Origin: an uncultured Alphaproteobacteria bacterium
Lineage (GTDB): Bacteria > Pseudomonadota > Alphaproteobacteria > JAAXGF01
Direction of reading: 5' to 3'
DNA: 59,344 nucleotides
Assembly (NCBI GenBank): GCA_964645285.1
Contig: CAZYDR010000007.1
Location: 1 to 59,344, forward strand
This document shows, one piece after another, positions 48,368 to 58,412 of this stretch (within the stretch, counting starts at the first letter, position 1; each line of letters opens with the position of its first letter). The notes under the pieces were generated by a model that saw only the letters and a program-made list of their open reading frames with translations, had not been told where the DNA came from and ran no database searches. Made by a program: the position numbers and the translations under genes.

Positions 48368-50356
48368 ATGGCCGATTACACAAATCTTTTCACGCCCATC
48401 GATCTGCGTCATAAGACGCTCAAGCACCGCATCGTGTTCGGCGCCCACACCACCAACATGAGCGCCGACGGCACGCCCGGCGACCGCCACTTCGCTTATT
48501 ACCGTGAGCGCGCCCGCGGCGGCGCCGCCATGATTGTCTGCGAGCCGGCGCCGGCCCATCGCACCGGGCAATTGATCCGGGCCAACTTCCTGCATGACGA
48601 CGACAGCGTCATTCCCCATTTCCGGCGTATCACCGACGAATGCCACACCCACGGCACGGTGATGCTGCACCAGATTTATCACGTCGGCGGCCACGGCGAT
48701 CAGGACAACTCCTGGGAGCCCTACTGGTCGCCCTCGGGAAGCCCGTCCATGCACGACCCCTGGGGCAGCCATAAGGTGACCGAGACCGAGATCGAAGAGT
48801 TGATCGAGGGCTTCGTCCAGGCGGCACGCCGCGACCGCGACGCCGGTTTCGACGGGGTCGATATTTTCGCCGGCTACAACTGTCTGGTCGATCAGTTCTG
48901 GTCGCCGTTGACCAACAAGCGCGACGACCGTTGGGGCGGCAGTCTAGAGAATCGTACCCGCTTCGCGGTGGAGATCTGCTCGCGCATCCGCAAGATGGCC
49001 GGCGACGATTTCATCATCGGCATGACCGTCTCCGGCGCCGAGCCCTATCCCGGCGGCCTCAGCGTCGAAAACAAGCAGGAGATCATCAGCTATCTCGATG
49101 AGCGCGCCCTGGTCGATTACTACTCGGTTGGCTCCGGCAGCTACCTCAATCACTCCAAGATGATCGTGCCGAGCTTCCACTTCGGCCTGATGCTGACGGT
49201 TGACGCCGCCGCGGCCTATAAAGAGGTCACTAAGCATGCCCTGGTGACCAGCGAGGCGCGGATCAAGGCGCCGTACTTCGCCGAGAAAGTCATCAGTGAG
49301 GGCAAGGCCGATCTGGTCAGTCTGGTGCGCTCGCAAATCGCCGATCCGCACCTCGCCAACAAGGCCGCCGCCGGCAACAGCGGCGATATCCGGCCGTGTA
49401 TTTCGTGCAATCAACTATGCATCGGGCGGCGCATGCGGGAGAACTGGATTTCCTGCCTGGTCAACCCGTCCGTGGGGCGCGAGACCGAGTGGAACGGCGA
49501 TTCCGAGCCCGACGCCGAGACGCCGCGCGATGTGTTGGTGGTTGGTGGCGGGCCGGCCGGGCTTGAGGCCGCCCGGGTCGCAGCCACCCGTGGCCACAAG
49601 GTACGCCTGGTCGAGAAGACCGAGGAGCTTGGCGGCCAGTTCCGCCTTGCTGGCGGCCAGCCCGAGCGCGGCGAGATCAACTATTTCATCAACTGGGCCA
49701 TCCAGCAGCTTGAGCAGCTTCAGGTCCAGGTCGATCTGCGCACCGAAATGACTGCCGAGGACATCAAGGCCTCGGGCGCCGACGCGGTGATCCTGTGCAC
49801 CGGCTCCGAGCCGTCGCGGGAGGGCTTTCAGCGCTCAATGCCTCACATCGCCGGTATTCCGGGTGTCGATCAGGACAACGTCTGCACTGTCCACGACGTG
49901 CTCGACGGCTCGGTGACGCCGGGTTCCAACGTGCTGTTGCTCGACGACATCAACGGCTGGTGGCCGGCCAGCGGCACGGCGCTGCATCTCGCCGAGCAAC
50001 GCCACAACGTCACCCTGGTGACCGCGTCGGAAAAGACCGCCGGGCAGCTTGAGTATAGCGGTACCGCCACCACCACCCGCGAGCGCTTTATAAAGATGGG
50101 CGTCGAGGCGGTGTTGGCGACATCGGTGACCAAGTGGGAGGGCAACACCGCGACCCTGCTCGACCTCTTTACCGGCGAAGAGGACACTCGTGAGTTCGAT
50201 ACCCTGGTGCTGGCCTGTACCAACCACCCGGTCAATACCCTGCAGGACGAGCTGGCCGATTCCGGCATGGAGATCCATACCATCGGCGACACGGTCTCGG
50301 CGCGGACCGCCGGTATGGCGGTCTTTGAGGGCCGCAAGCTGGCCTTGAAGCTGTAG
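48368..50356 (+). CDS. NADH:flavin oxidoreductase (old yellow enzyme barrel, 4Fe-4S and FAD domains; TMADH/DgcA-like)
   Basis: YYRERARGG, AGFDGV, TNKRDDRWGGSLENR, CISCNQLC...C, VVGGGPAGLEAA, IGD. Confidence 0.9.
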   Translation: MADYTNLFTPIDLRHKTLKHRIVFGAHTTNMSADGTPGDRHFAYYRERARGGAAMIVCEPAPAHRTGQLIRANFLHDDDSVIPHFRRITDECHTHGTVMLHQIYHVGGHGDQDNSWEPYWSPSGSPSMHDPWGSHKVTETEIEELIEGFVQAARRDRDAGFDGVDIFAGYNCLVDQFWSPLTNKRDDRWGGSLENRTRFAVEICSRIRKMAGDDFIIGMTVSGAEPYPGGLSVENKQEIISYLDERALVDYYSVGSGSYLNHSKMIVPSFHFGLMLTVDAAAAYKEVTKHALVTSEARIKAPYFAEKVISEGKADLVSLVRSQIADPHLANKAAAGNSGDIRPCISCNQLCIGRRMRENWISCLVNPSVGRETEWNGDSEPDAETPRDVLVVGGGPAGLEAARVAATRGHKVRLVEKTEELGGQFRLAGGQPERGEINYFINWAIQQLEQLQVQVDLRTEMTAEDIKASGADAVILCTGSEPSREGFQRSMPHIAGIPGVDQDNVCTVHDVLDGSVTPGSNVLLLDDINGWWPASGTALHLAEQRHNVTLVTASEKTAGQLEYSGTATTTRERFIKMGVEAVLATSVTKWEGNTATLLDLFTGEEDTREFDTLVLACTNHPVNTLQDELADSGMEIHTIGDTVSARTAGMAVFEGRKLALKL

Positions 50357-50365
50357 GCGGCGTCC

Positions 50366-51394
50366 TTACAGCGGGTCGCGGGCGAGGGGCGCTGTGTTGC
50401 AGTGGATGCCGCCGCCCGAACTCCAGCAGGGCTCGTAGGGGATCGAGATGACCTCGACGCCTTTCCTGTCGAGCGCCTCGAGGGTGCGCGGTGAGGTCTC
50501 GCTGCCGACAATGCGGCCCGGCGAGAGGGGCAGGGCATTGATGGCAAAGGGCGGGTCCTCGGGGTGGATATGGATCATCTCAATGCCGCGCTTGGTCAGT
50601 TCCTCCATGAAGTCGTAGGGCAGCATGGTCGGGTTGACCAAGGCCTTGTCGACATCGACCATGGCCATGAAGCCGTCGAGGTGCTGGGAGTAGCCCGGCG
50701 TCTCGATGGTCAGGACCTCGACTCCGCTCCAGCTCAGGACCTCGCGCATCTGCGCCACCGCATCGTGGTTGGTGCACAGGCCGGTGCTGATGACGGCGGT
50801 CTTGGCGTCGATAAACATGAAACTGCCGCCTTCCAGGATGCCGGTGCCCGAAATTGTCCGGATGATCGGGCAGCCGCTCTCGACGATGCGCTTGGTCGCC
50901 CAGAACATCTCCTCGCGGCGGCCGTTGGCGTTGGGTCGGCAGATCACCGCGCCGCCGGGTACGCCGATGACGATGTCGCGCGGCGACATCTGTTTCAGCG
51001 GCACCGGTCGATTGCTCGGCTTGTCGTGGATGTAGATGACCTCGACGCCCTCGGCCCGCAGGATGTCGGCAAAACGGTCGTGAGTCTCCTGCATCTTTTC
51101 GAGATCCGGCAGGTTGCGACCGCGCCACCAGATGCCTTCCTCGGTATTGCAGTAGGTTTCCAGGTCGTCGTCGTACCAGTCCTCGGTAACGCGCTTGATC
51201 TCTTCGCCGGGACGGTGGACCAGGATCTTGCGTAATTTGCCAAGTTCGCTGCTGCAGCCCCAGACGTCGCCCCAAACCTTGTTCTGCTGTTCCGGGTGCT
51301 CGAAGGCCGGCTCGGCCGGGGTCGCGAAAGTCTGCATGATGCGGTGGTAGCGGAACTTGTCGTCGTCGGCGGTGGCAATGTTGGGCTTGGTCAC
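50366..51394 (-). CDS. amidinotransferase/arginine deiminase (pentein) family protein
   Basis: LRKILVHRPG.E, PRD, LEGG, HLD, GGGIHCNT.PL.RD with catalytic Asp/His/Cys. Confidence 0.88.
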   Translation of the reverse strand: MTKPNIATADDDKFRYHRIMQTFATPAEPAFEHPEQQNKVWGDVWGCSSELGKLRKILVHRPGEEIKRVTEDWYDDDLETYCNTEEGIWWRGRNLPDLEKMQETHDRFADILRAEGVEVIYIHDKPSNRPVPLKQMSPRDIVIGVPGGAVICRPNANGRREEMFWATKRIVESGCPIIRTISGTGILEGGSFMFIDAKTAVISTGLCTNHDAVAQMREVLSWSGVEVLTIETPGYSQHLDGFMAMVDVDKALVNPTMLPYDFMEELTKRGIEMIHIHPEDPPFAINALPLSPGRIVGSETSPRTLEALDRKGVEVISIPYEPCWSSGGGIHCNTAPLARDPL

Positions 51395-51733
51395 TGGTTA
51401 TCTCCTTGGTGCGGCGTTACGCTCCCGGCCGCTGCCGCGGTTCATCCCCGGCTATGGCGAACATGAGACGGGAGCCTCAAGGGAGACTCCCGCTCGTCGC
51501 TTCTTGTCCCTGTCTTATGCCGACGCTGTTCCATATGGCCGCGCCAGGATGCTTACAGGGGTTCTCCGTAAAGGCATTACGGCGGCTATGGCGTGATCCG
51601 TTGAGTGACCACGTAAGCAAAATTCTGCGCCTCTTGGGGCGTTTCGTCAAGTCACCAGAAGTTGAATCCGCGACCCTATGCCCGGGCCTGCGAACCTGTT
51701 AACCATGAGGTTCAACAGCGCGGGGATATTCCC

Positions 51734-52441
51734 ATGATCGACCTCTACACATGCGCCACGCCCAACGGGCAGAAGATCCACATCATGCTCGGGGAGGCCG
51801 GACTCGAGCATACGGATCACTGGATCGACATCGACAAGGGCGACCAGTTCACGCCCGAGTTCCTGGCCATCAGCCCCAACAACAAGATCCCCGCCATCGT
51901 CGATCAGGACGGGCCCGGCGGTGCGCCGGTGTCGGTGTTCGAGTCCGGCGCCATCCTGCTCTATCTGGCGGAGAAAACTGGCAAGTTCCTGCCCTCTGAT
52001 CCGCTCCAGCGCCTCGATACCCTGCAATGGCTGTTCTGGCAGATGGGTGGTTTCGGGCCCATGCTCGGCCAGGCCCACCACTTCAACGCCTATGCCCCCA
52101 TGAACCCCAATGGCGCGGTGGTGCTGCCCTATGCCCAGGCGCGTTATACCAACGAGGCCGGGCGGCTCTATGGCGTGCTCGACAAGCAGCTTTCGGCTCA
52201 TGAGTACGTCTCGGCCGATCAGTATACCATCGCCGACATGGCGATTTTCCCGTGGTGCCGGCTGCACGCCCGCCAGAATCAGGACTTGGACGACTTCCCC
52301 AGCGTCAAACGCTGGTTTGACATGATCGCTGCGCGGCCCGCCGTGGCCGGCGACATGGAGACGCTTGAAGACATTGTCGAGGGCTTCGACAAGGACAGCT
52401 GGGACGCGGCCTTCGGCGACGAGCAGTACAAACGGCGCTGA
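51734..52441 (+). CDS. glutathione S-transferase, Nu class (YfcG/YghU-like), paralog 1
   Basis: TPNGQK, QFTPEFLAISPNNKIPA, FESGAILLYLAEK, WLFWQMGG.GPMLGQAHHF. Confidence 0.92.
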   Translation: MIDLYTCATPNGQKIHIMLGEAGLEHTDHWIDIDKGDQFTPEFLAISPNNKIPAIVDQDGPGGAPVSVFESGAILLYLAEKTGKFLPSDPLQRLDTLQWLFWQMGGFGPMLGQAHHFNAYAPMNPNGAVVLPYAQARYTNEAGRLYGVLDKQLSAHEYVSADQYTIADMAIFPWCRLHARQNQDLDDFPSVKRWFDMIAARPAVAGDMETLEDIVEGFDKDSWDAAFGDEQYKRR

Positions 52442-52463
52442 AGACACAGAAAGGACGAATGGA

Positions 52464-53159
52464 ATGATCGACCTCTACACGTGGCCGACGCCCAATGGGC
52501 ATAAGATCCACATCATGCTCGAGGAGTGCGGGTTGGTGTACAACGTCATTCCCATCGATATCGGCGCCGGCGATCAGTTCGACCCGGACTTCCTCAAGAT
52601 CAGCCCCAACAACAAAATGCCGGCCATGGTTGATCACGATGGCCCCGGCGGCGAGCCTTATCCGATGTTCGAATCCGGCGCCATGCTCATGTACCTGGCG
52701 GAAAAGACCGGCAAGTTCATGCCTACGGAGATCACGGCCCGCTACCGCGTCATCCAGTGGCTGATGTTCCAGATGGGCCACATCGGCCCCATGCTCGGCC
52801 AGGCCCATCATTTCCGGGCCTACGCGCCGGAGCAAATTCCCTATGCGGTCGAGCGCTACACCAACGAGGCGACGCGGCTATACCGAGTGTGCGAGACTCG
52901 CCTGGCCCAGTCGGAGCATCTCGCCGACGACTATTCCGTCGCCGACATGGCGGTGTTCCCCTGGCTGCGCTCCTACGAGCGCCAGGGCCAGGATTTGGGC
53001 GACTATCCAAACCTCAAATGCTGGTTCGACGCCATCAACGCCCGCCCGGCGGTCGAGCGCGCGCTCCAGGTGCTATCCCAGGACCGCCGCGAAGGGGGCT
53101 TCGACGACAAACAGAAGGAAGTGCTGTTCGGCAAGACCCAGGTTGACCGGGGCCAGTAG
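52464..53159 (+). CDS. glutathione S-transferase, Nu class, paralog 2
   Basis: WPTPNGHK, ISPNNKMPA, FESGA, WLMFQMG..GPMLGQAHHF, ARPAVER. Confidence 0.92.
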   Translation: MIDLYTWPTPNGHKIHIMLEECGLVYNVIPIDIGAGDQFDPDFLKISPNNKMPAMVDHDGPGGEPYPMFESGAMLMYLAEKTGKFMPTEITARYRVIQWLMFQMGHIGPMLGQAHHFRAYAPEQIPYAVERYTNEATRLYRVCETRLAQSEHLADDYSVADMAVFPWLRSYERQGQDLGDYPNLKCWFDAINARPAVERALQVLSQDRREGGFDDKQKEVLFGKTQVDRGQ

Positions 53160-53169
53160 GGGCGCCGAG

Positions 53170-54000
53170 CTAATCTGATTTCGAGAAATATCGCGACAGT
53201 TCGGCGAAACCGATGACGTCGTCGGCAAAGTCGAAGGTTCCGCTCGTGGCGATTTCCTTGGCGACGCGGATAAACTCGCCGTAGGCGGCGCGGGCAAATA
53301 TGGCGCCGACACTGATTCTCTTAACCCCGGCATCGGCCAACTCGGCGACACCGAACCCGGCCCTGGATGCCTCCATCACCACATTGACCGGCTGCTTGAT
53401 CTCGGTACAGACTGCGCGGATGTCGTCGAGGGTTGTCAGGCCGGGGGCGTAAAGCATATCTGCGCCGGTAGCCTCGAAGGCCTTGAGCCGCTTAATGGCA
53501 TCGCCGAGGTCAGGATTGCCCCGGAGAAAATTCTCCGACCGCGCCGTTAAGGTGAAATCGAAGGGCAGGACCCGGGCGGCCTCGACCGCTGCGGCAATAC
53601 ATTCCACCGCATGGTCGAAACCATAGATCGGTCGATCCCGGTCACCGCTGTAGTCTTCGATGGAACAACCGACCAGCCCGGTTTCGGCAGCCGACTGGAT
53701 AGTTTCGGCAACGGCTTCGGGGCTGTCGCCGAAGCCTTGTTCCAGGTCCGCCGACACGGGTAGACCAGTCGTCGAAACGATGTTCCGGAAATGGTCGAGT
53801 GTCTGTTTCGGGGTGACGGCACCATCGGTCAGGCCAAGCGCGAAAGCCATCCCGGCGCTGGTTGTCGCCAGGGCTTCGAACCCCATAGACTCGAGAATTC
53901 GCGCGCTGCCCACATCCCGGGGGTTGGGAATGACGAAGACGCCATCGCGATCATGCAATTTCTTGAACGCCGTGGCCTTGGTTTGTTGATTGACTGTCAT
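53170..54000 (-). CDS. isocitrate lyase/PEP mutase family protein
   Basis: LATTSAG, PVSADLE.GFG, GCSIED, TARSE, GADMLYAPG, PVNV, GVKRISVG. Confidence 0.9.
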   Translation of the reverse strand: MTVNQQTKATAFKKLHDRDGVFVIPNPRDVGSARILESMGFEALATTSAGMAFALGLTDGAVTPKQTLDHFRNIVSTTGLPVSADLEQGFGDSPEAVAETIQSAAETGLVGCSIEDYSGDRDRPIYGFDHAVECIAAAVEAARVLPFDFTLTARSENFLRGNPDLGDAIKRLKAFEATGADMLYAPGLTTLDDIRAVCTEIKQPVNVVMEASRAGFGVAELADAGVKRISVGAIFARAAYGEFIRVAKEIATSGTFDFADDVIGFAELSRYFSKSD

Positions 54001-54113
54001 GGTCCTGCCTTCCCGGTCGCCGATAAAGATGTGATGTTAGTCCCGAACGGTTGGCTAGCGCCACGGCGCTCTGCTAGGTTGCGCGCCTGTTTCCGACACC
54101 ATGCGAGTCCACC

Positions 54114-55265
54114 ATGACCGACAATTCCGACTTGAAGCCAGAGACCCTGGCCGCCCAGGCCTTGGGTTGGGACGAGCCCGCCCATCAGGGTATCGTACCG
54201 CCGATTTATCCATCCACCACCTACGCCCGTCCGGTCGACGACCAGGGCCGTTATGGTCGCATGTATGCCCGCGACAAAAACCCCGCCTTTGATCAGGCCG
54301 AGGCGCTACTCAATAGCCTTGAAGGCGGGCAGGGATGCCGGCTGTTCTCCTCGGGCATGGCTGCGGCGGCGACCGTGTTCCAGGCGCTCAGTCCCAGCGA
54401 TCATGTGGTGTTGCCTGACGTCACCTATCACGGGGTGCGGACCTGGGTGAAATCCCACGGCATGCACTGGGGTCTCGAAGTCGATTTCGTACCCAACGGC
54501 GATCTCCATGGGCTCAAGGCCGCCATGCGGCCGGGGCAGACCAAAGTGGTCTGGGTCGAAACTCCGTGTAATCCCCTATGGGACGTTGCCGACATTGCCG
54601 CCAGCGCTGCCATTGCTCATGACGCCGGCGCCCGTCTGGTGGTCGATTCCACCGCCGCCACACCGGTATTTACGCGCCCCCTAGAACTCGGCGCCAATCT
54701 GGTCATGCATGCGGCGACCAAATATCTCAACGGTCATTCCGATGTGCTGGCCGGCGCCCTGGTGACGGCACGGGAGGACGAGACGTGGGAGCGCATTACG
54801 GCTCTGCGCCACGATGCCGGGGCGGTGCTCGGGCCGTTCGAGGCGTGGCTGCTGTTGCGCGGTATGCGTACGCTCTATCTCCGGGTACGGAGCTGCTCGG
54901 TCGCGGCCCAGGCAATCGCCGAGCATTTCGAAGGCCATCCCGGGATTGAGCGGGTGCTCTACCCGGGCCTCGCCAGCCATCCCGGCCATAAAGTCGCGGC
55001 GCGCCAGATGGCAGGCGGCTTCGGCGGCATGATGTCGATCTGGGTCAAGGGCGACGCCGATGCCGCCCTGGCGGTTTCCGGCGCCTGCCGGGTGTTCAAG
55101 CGGGCGACATCGCTCGGCGGTGTCGAAAGCCTGATCGAACATCGCGCCGGCATTGAACCCCCCGACAGCCCGGTCCCCGTCAATCTGCTACGGCTTTCCA
55201 TAGGTATCGAGGACGTGGGCGACTTGATCGCCGATTTGGAACGTGGCTTGGAGGCATGCAAATGA
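54114..55265 (+). CDS. PLP-dependent Cys/Met metabolism enzyme (cystathionine gamma-synthase/lyase-like)
   Basis: YAR..NP, FSSGMAA, VETPCNP, VDST.ATP, HAATKYLNGHSD, RGMRTL, ATSLGGVESLIEH, LRLSIGIE. Confidence 0.92.
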   Translation: MTDNSDLKPETLAAQALGWDEPAHQGIVPPIYPSTTYARPVDDQGRYGRMYARDKNPAFDQAEALLNSLEGGQGCRLFSSGMAAAATVFQALSPSDHVVLPDVTYHGVRTWVKSHGMHWGLEVDFVPNGDLHGLKAAMRPGQTKVVWVETPCNPLWDVADIAASAAIAHDAGARLVVDSTAATPVFTRPLELGANLVMHAATKYLNGHSDVLAGALVTAREDETWERITALRHDAGAVLGPFEAWLLLRGMRTLYLRVRSCSVAAQAIAEHFEGHPGIERVLYPGLASHPGHKVAARQMAGGFGGMMSIWVKGDADAALAVSGACRVFKRATSLGGVESLIEHRAGIEPPDSPVPVNLLRLSIGIEDVGDLIADLERGLEACK

Positions 55266-55879
55266 TTGATCTCTACACCTGGAGCACGCCGAACGGGCGC
55301 AAGGTCTCCATCATGCTCGAGGAACTGGGGCTGGAGTACACGACCCATTCGGTCAACATCGGCGCCGACGAACAGTTCGCGCCTGACTTTCTGGCGATCA
55401 GCCCGAACAAAAAAATCCCGGCCATTGTTGATCACAACGCGCCTGACGGCGGCGATCTGGCGATGTTAGAATCCAGCGCCATCCTGATTTATCTGCCGGA
55501 GAAATGCGGACGCTTCCTGCCCACAGACCTGCGCCCGCGCATGGATACCCTGCAATGGCTGATGTTCCAGATGGGCGGTGTCGGGCCGATGTTTGGTCAG
55601 GCTCACCACTTCCTACGCTTTGCCCCGGAACCGGTGCCCTATGCCAGGACCCGCTACAGCAATGAAACCCGGCGGCTCTACGGTGTCATGGACAAGCAAT
55701 TGGCGAGCACCGAATACTTGGCCGCCGGCGAATACACCATCGCCGACATAGCCACTTTCCCCTGGGCGGCGCGCCACGAGTGGCAGGAGGTCGACTTGGC
55801 CGAATTCCCCAACGTCAAATGCTGGTACGACGCCATCTGGCAACGCCCGGCAGTGAAGATCGGCTACGACGTTCCATGA
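55262..55879 (+). CDS. glutathione S-transferase, Nu class, paralog 3 (divergent motifs)
   Basis: WSTPNGRK, WLMFQMGGVGPMFGQAHHF; LESSAIL/YLPEK instead of FESGAIL/YLAEK. Confidence 0.88.
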   Translation: MIDLYTWSTPNGRKVSIMLEELGLEYTTHSVNIGADEQFAPDFLAISPNKKIPAIVDHNAPDGGDLAMLESSAILIYLPEKCGRFLPTDLRPRMDTLQWLMFQMGGVGPMFGQAHHFLRFAPEPVPYARTRYSNETRRLYGVMDKQLASTEYLAAGEYTIADIATFPWAARHEWQEVDLAEFPNVKCWYDAIWQRPAVKIGYDVP

Positions 55880-55895
55880 AGGTGAGTCTTTGGCC

Positions 55896-56384
55896 ATGAG
55901 CCAACTGCTTGAGCGCCCGGCGGTCAGGCGTGTGCGCGACGCCCTGGCGGCGGCGGGTTCGGCAGCGGAAGTCATCGAATTGACCACGACCGCGCGCTCG
56001 GCGGAAGACGCCGCCGCCAGCGTCGGCGTTGAACTGGGCGCTATCGTCAAATCGCTGGTTTTTGCCGCCGAAGACCAGGCGGTCATGGCGCTGGTCTCCG
56101 GCGACCGGCGCTGCGACACCGAAGCGCTGGCCGACGCACTGGGCATCGCCGGCAAGATCGGCCGTGCCGATGCCGATCAGGTGAGCGACGCCACGGGCTT
56201 CACCATCGGCGGCGTGCCGCCCATCGCCCATGCCACGCCCATGCCCATGGCGATCGACGCCGCATTGGAGCGCTTCGACGTGATCTACGCCGCCGCCGGC
56301 CATCCCCATTGCGTCTTCGCTACCAGCGCCGAAGAACTCAGCCGCCTGACCGGCGCACCCGTGGTTGCCGGATTGGGCATCTAG
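55896..56384 (+). CDS. YbaK/EbsC family aminoacyl-tRNA deacylase
   Basis: ARSAEDAA..VG....IVKSLVF, SGDRRCD, TGFTIGGVPP, YAAAG.P. Confidence 0.9.
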   Translation: MSQLLERPAVRRVRDALAAAGSAAEVIELTTTARSAEDAAASVGVELGAIVKSLVFAAEDQAVMALVSGDRRCDTEALADALGIAGKIGRADADQVSDATGFTIGGVPPIAHATPMPMAIDAALERFDVIYAAAGHPHCVFATSAEELSRLTGAPVVAGLGI

Positions 56385-56404
56385 CGATCCGGCTGTGAGT
56401 TGCG

Positions 56405-56791
56405 CTAAAAAAGCGCGAGGAAGATTAGTAGCATTCCGACCCAACTGGCGGCAAATGCCAGCGTGCGCACCCACGGAATCGCCAGAATAAGCGCCAACGT
56501 ATGGACGACGCGCGTCCAGAAAAACAGCGTCGCGCCCAGGGCCGTTGTCTCGGTGCTGATACCGGCGGCCTGTGCCACCAGCACCAACGCGGTGAACGGC
56601 ACCAGGTTTTCCACCATATTGGCGTGGGCCCGCTGGGCCCGCTGGCTCCATGCCGGCACCGCGGGTGGATTATCGGGATAGCCGACGGCGTTCACCAGGC
56701 CCCAACTCTTAATTCGCGCGAGAACGTAGGGCGCCCACATAATGGCGCACAGACCCGCACTCAATGTCAGAAAGAAAAGTTCCGTACTCAT
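56405..56791 (-). CDS. MAPEG family membrane protein
   Basis: RAQRAHANMVENLVPF, FFWTRVVH, PWVRTLAF; four TM helices. Confidence 0.88.
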   Translation of the reverse strand: MSTELFFLTLSAGLCAIMWAPYVLARIKSWGLVNAVGYPDNPPAVPAWSQRAQRAHANMVENLVPFTALVLVAQAAGISTETTALGATLFFWTRVVHTLALILAIPWVRTLAFAASWVGMLLIFLALF

Positions 56792-56831
56792 ATTACACCT
56801 CATCATTTGGGTTGTGATATCGGGGTTTGTC

Positions 56832-58280
56832 TCACCCCGTTAGCGTCGTCATAGTGGCGAGCGATGGTCGGCGGGCCGGGTCGTCGAGCCACGGGCGTTG
56901 GCGCTCGAGAGCGTGGGCAACGCGGAACACGGTGGGATCGTCCAAAGGACGTCCGACGATCTGCATGCCGGTGGGCAAGCCGTTATCGCTCATGCCCGAA
57001 GGCACGGCCAGCACCGGGCAGCGGCTGAACATATTGAACAGTGCCGTCATGGCGGTATCCGTATCGGTCAGGCTGTGGCCATTGATCACCAACTCGCTTT
57101 TTTGCCAGTTCTCGGCCGGCACCTCGGGGCAGGACACCGTCGGGCAGATGAAGGCATCAAAGTCTCGGAAGATCGGTCCCAGGCGGTCACGCCAGGTTTC
57201 GCCGGCCAAACGCAGGCCGCGCCTATGATCGTCGGCGGTGAAGGATTGTGCGGTATGGGCCAGTTCGGGCACATAGTCGCTGACAATGTTGCCATGTTTG
57301 TCGACCGCTTCCAGGATTTGGTCGGCGGCGGCGAACTCCTGGGCGCCGTGGGCGAGGCGGATGGTCTCGCTCAGGTCGCCGACGTCAACCTCGACATTTT
57401 CGGCGCCGGCATCGGCAAGGGTGTCGAGGGCCGCCTGGGTTTCGCGCCGCACGTCGTCGACGACCTCGTAGTGGCCGAGGTCAAAGGATACCGCAATCCT
57501 CATCCCGGCGATGCCGGGCGGTTCTGTTGGAATTGTCACCTTGCGGGCGAGTGAGGTGTGATCCAGCGGGTCTGGTCCCGCCATGATATTGGACATCAGG
57601 ACGTTGTCGGCGACGGTGCGAGTCATGGGACCGCCCTGAACATAAGGGTCGAACGACGCCCCGGCCGGCAGGGGAATGCGGCCATAGGGCGGCTTGTAGC
57701 CGACCACGCCGCATTGGCTGGCCGGTTGGCGGATCGATCCGGTGCTGTCGCCGCCGGTGGCGATGGTGGCGGCGCCGGCGGCCAAGGCGGCGGCCGAGCC
57801 ACCCGATGAACCGCCCGGCGTGGCGTCGAGGCGCCACGGGTTCCGGGTCACCCCCCAGATCCGCGAATGGGTGGTGAATAGCCAGCAGAACTCGGGACAT
57901 GAGGTGCGGGCAAACAGATTGGCGCCGGCCCGCAGCAACCGCTCGATGGCCGTGTCGGTGGTGGTGGCGATATGGTCTTTGAAGATCATCGAGCCGTTAG
58001 CCGAGCGTTGGCCGCGTACCGAGGATGAGTCCTTGACCGCCAGGGGCAGACCTTCGAGGCGGCGCGGCCGGCCACCGGGCTTGGCGTATTTGGCCTCGGC
58101 CGCTCGGGCGCGGGTCATGGCCTCGTCGAAATAACAGTCGCTCATGGGGTTGACCGTGGGGGCAACGGCTTCGGCCTGCTCGATCACCGCGCGGGTCAAA
58201 TCGACCGGCGACAGACTGCGGTCGCGGAACCGGGCGAGAGCCTCGGTGGCGGACATGTAACAGAGTTCGTCGTCGCTCAT
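56832..58280 (-). CDS. amidase signature family protein
   Basis: [53 protein letters not shown]. Confidence 0.92.
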   Translation of the reverse strand: MSDDELCYMSATEALARFRDRSLSPVDLTRAVIEQAEAVAPTVNPMSDCYFDEAMTRARAAEAKYAKPGGRPRRLEGLPLAVKDSSSVRGQRSANGSMIFKDHIATTTDTAIERLLRAGANLFARTSCPEFCWLFTTHSRIWGVTRNPWRLDATPGGSSGGSAAALAAGAATIATGGDSTGSIRQPASQCGVVGYKPPYGRIPLPAGASFDPYVQGGPMTRTVADNVLMSNIMAGPDPLDHTSLARKVTIPTEPPGIAGMRIAVSFDLGHYEVVDDVRRETQAALDTLADAGAENVEVDVGDLSETIRLAHGAQEFAAADQILEAVDKHGNIVSDYVPELAHTAQSFTADDHRRGLRLAGETWRDRLGPIFRDFDAFICPTVSCPEVPAENWQKSELVINGHSLTDTDTAMTALFNMFSRCPVLAVPSGMSDNGLPTGMQIVGRPLDDPTVFRVAHALERQRPWLDDPARRPSLATMTTLTG

Positions 58281-58350
58281 GGCGGCCCCCGTCAGGTTGA
58301 TTGACGCGGCTCCCTTATATCAAGAACGAATGATGGAGAAACACCGGTTG

Positions 58351-58380
58351 TTGACAGCCCTAGGGGCCGCCCCTTACATA
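58351..58380 (+). promoter_or_regulatory. probable sigma70 promoter of tRNA-Ser
   Basis: TTGACA at 58351-58356 and TACATA at 58375-58380, about 30 bp before the tRNA. Confidence 0.45.
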
Positions 58381-58412
58381 ACCGCTCAGAGCAACGCACA
58401 CAGGTTGCGTAC

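Noticed and set aside
51395-51733. Guanidine riboswitch upstream of the pentein gene
   Set aside because: No paired ACGR-loop hairpins or ykkC-type consensus could be matched by eye.
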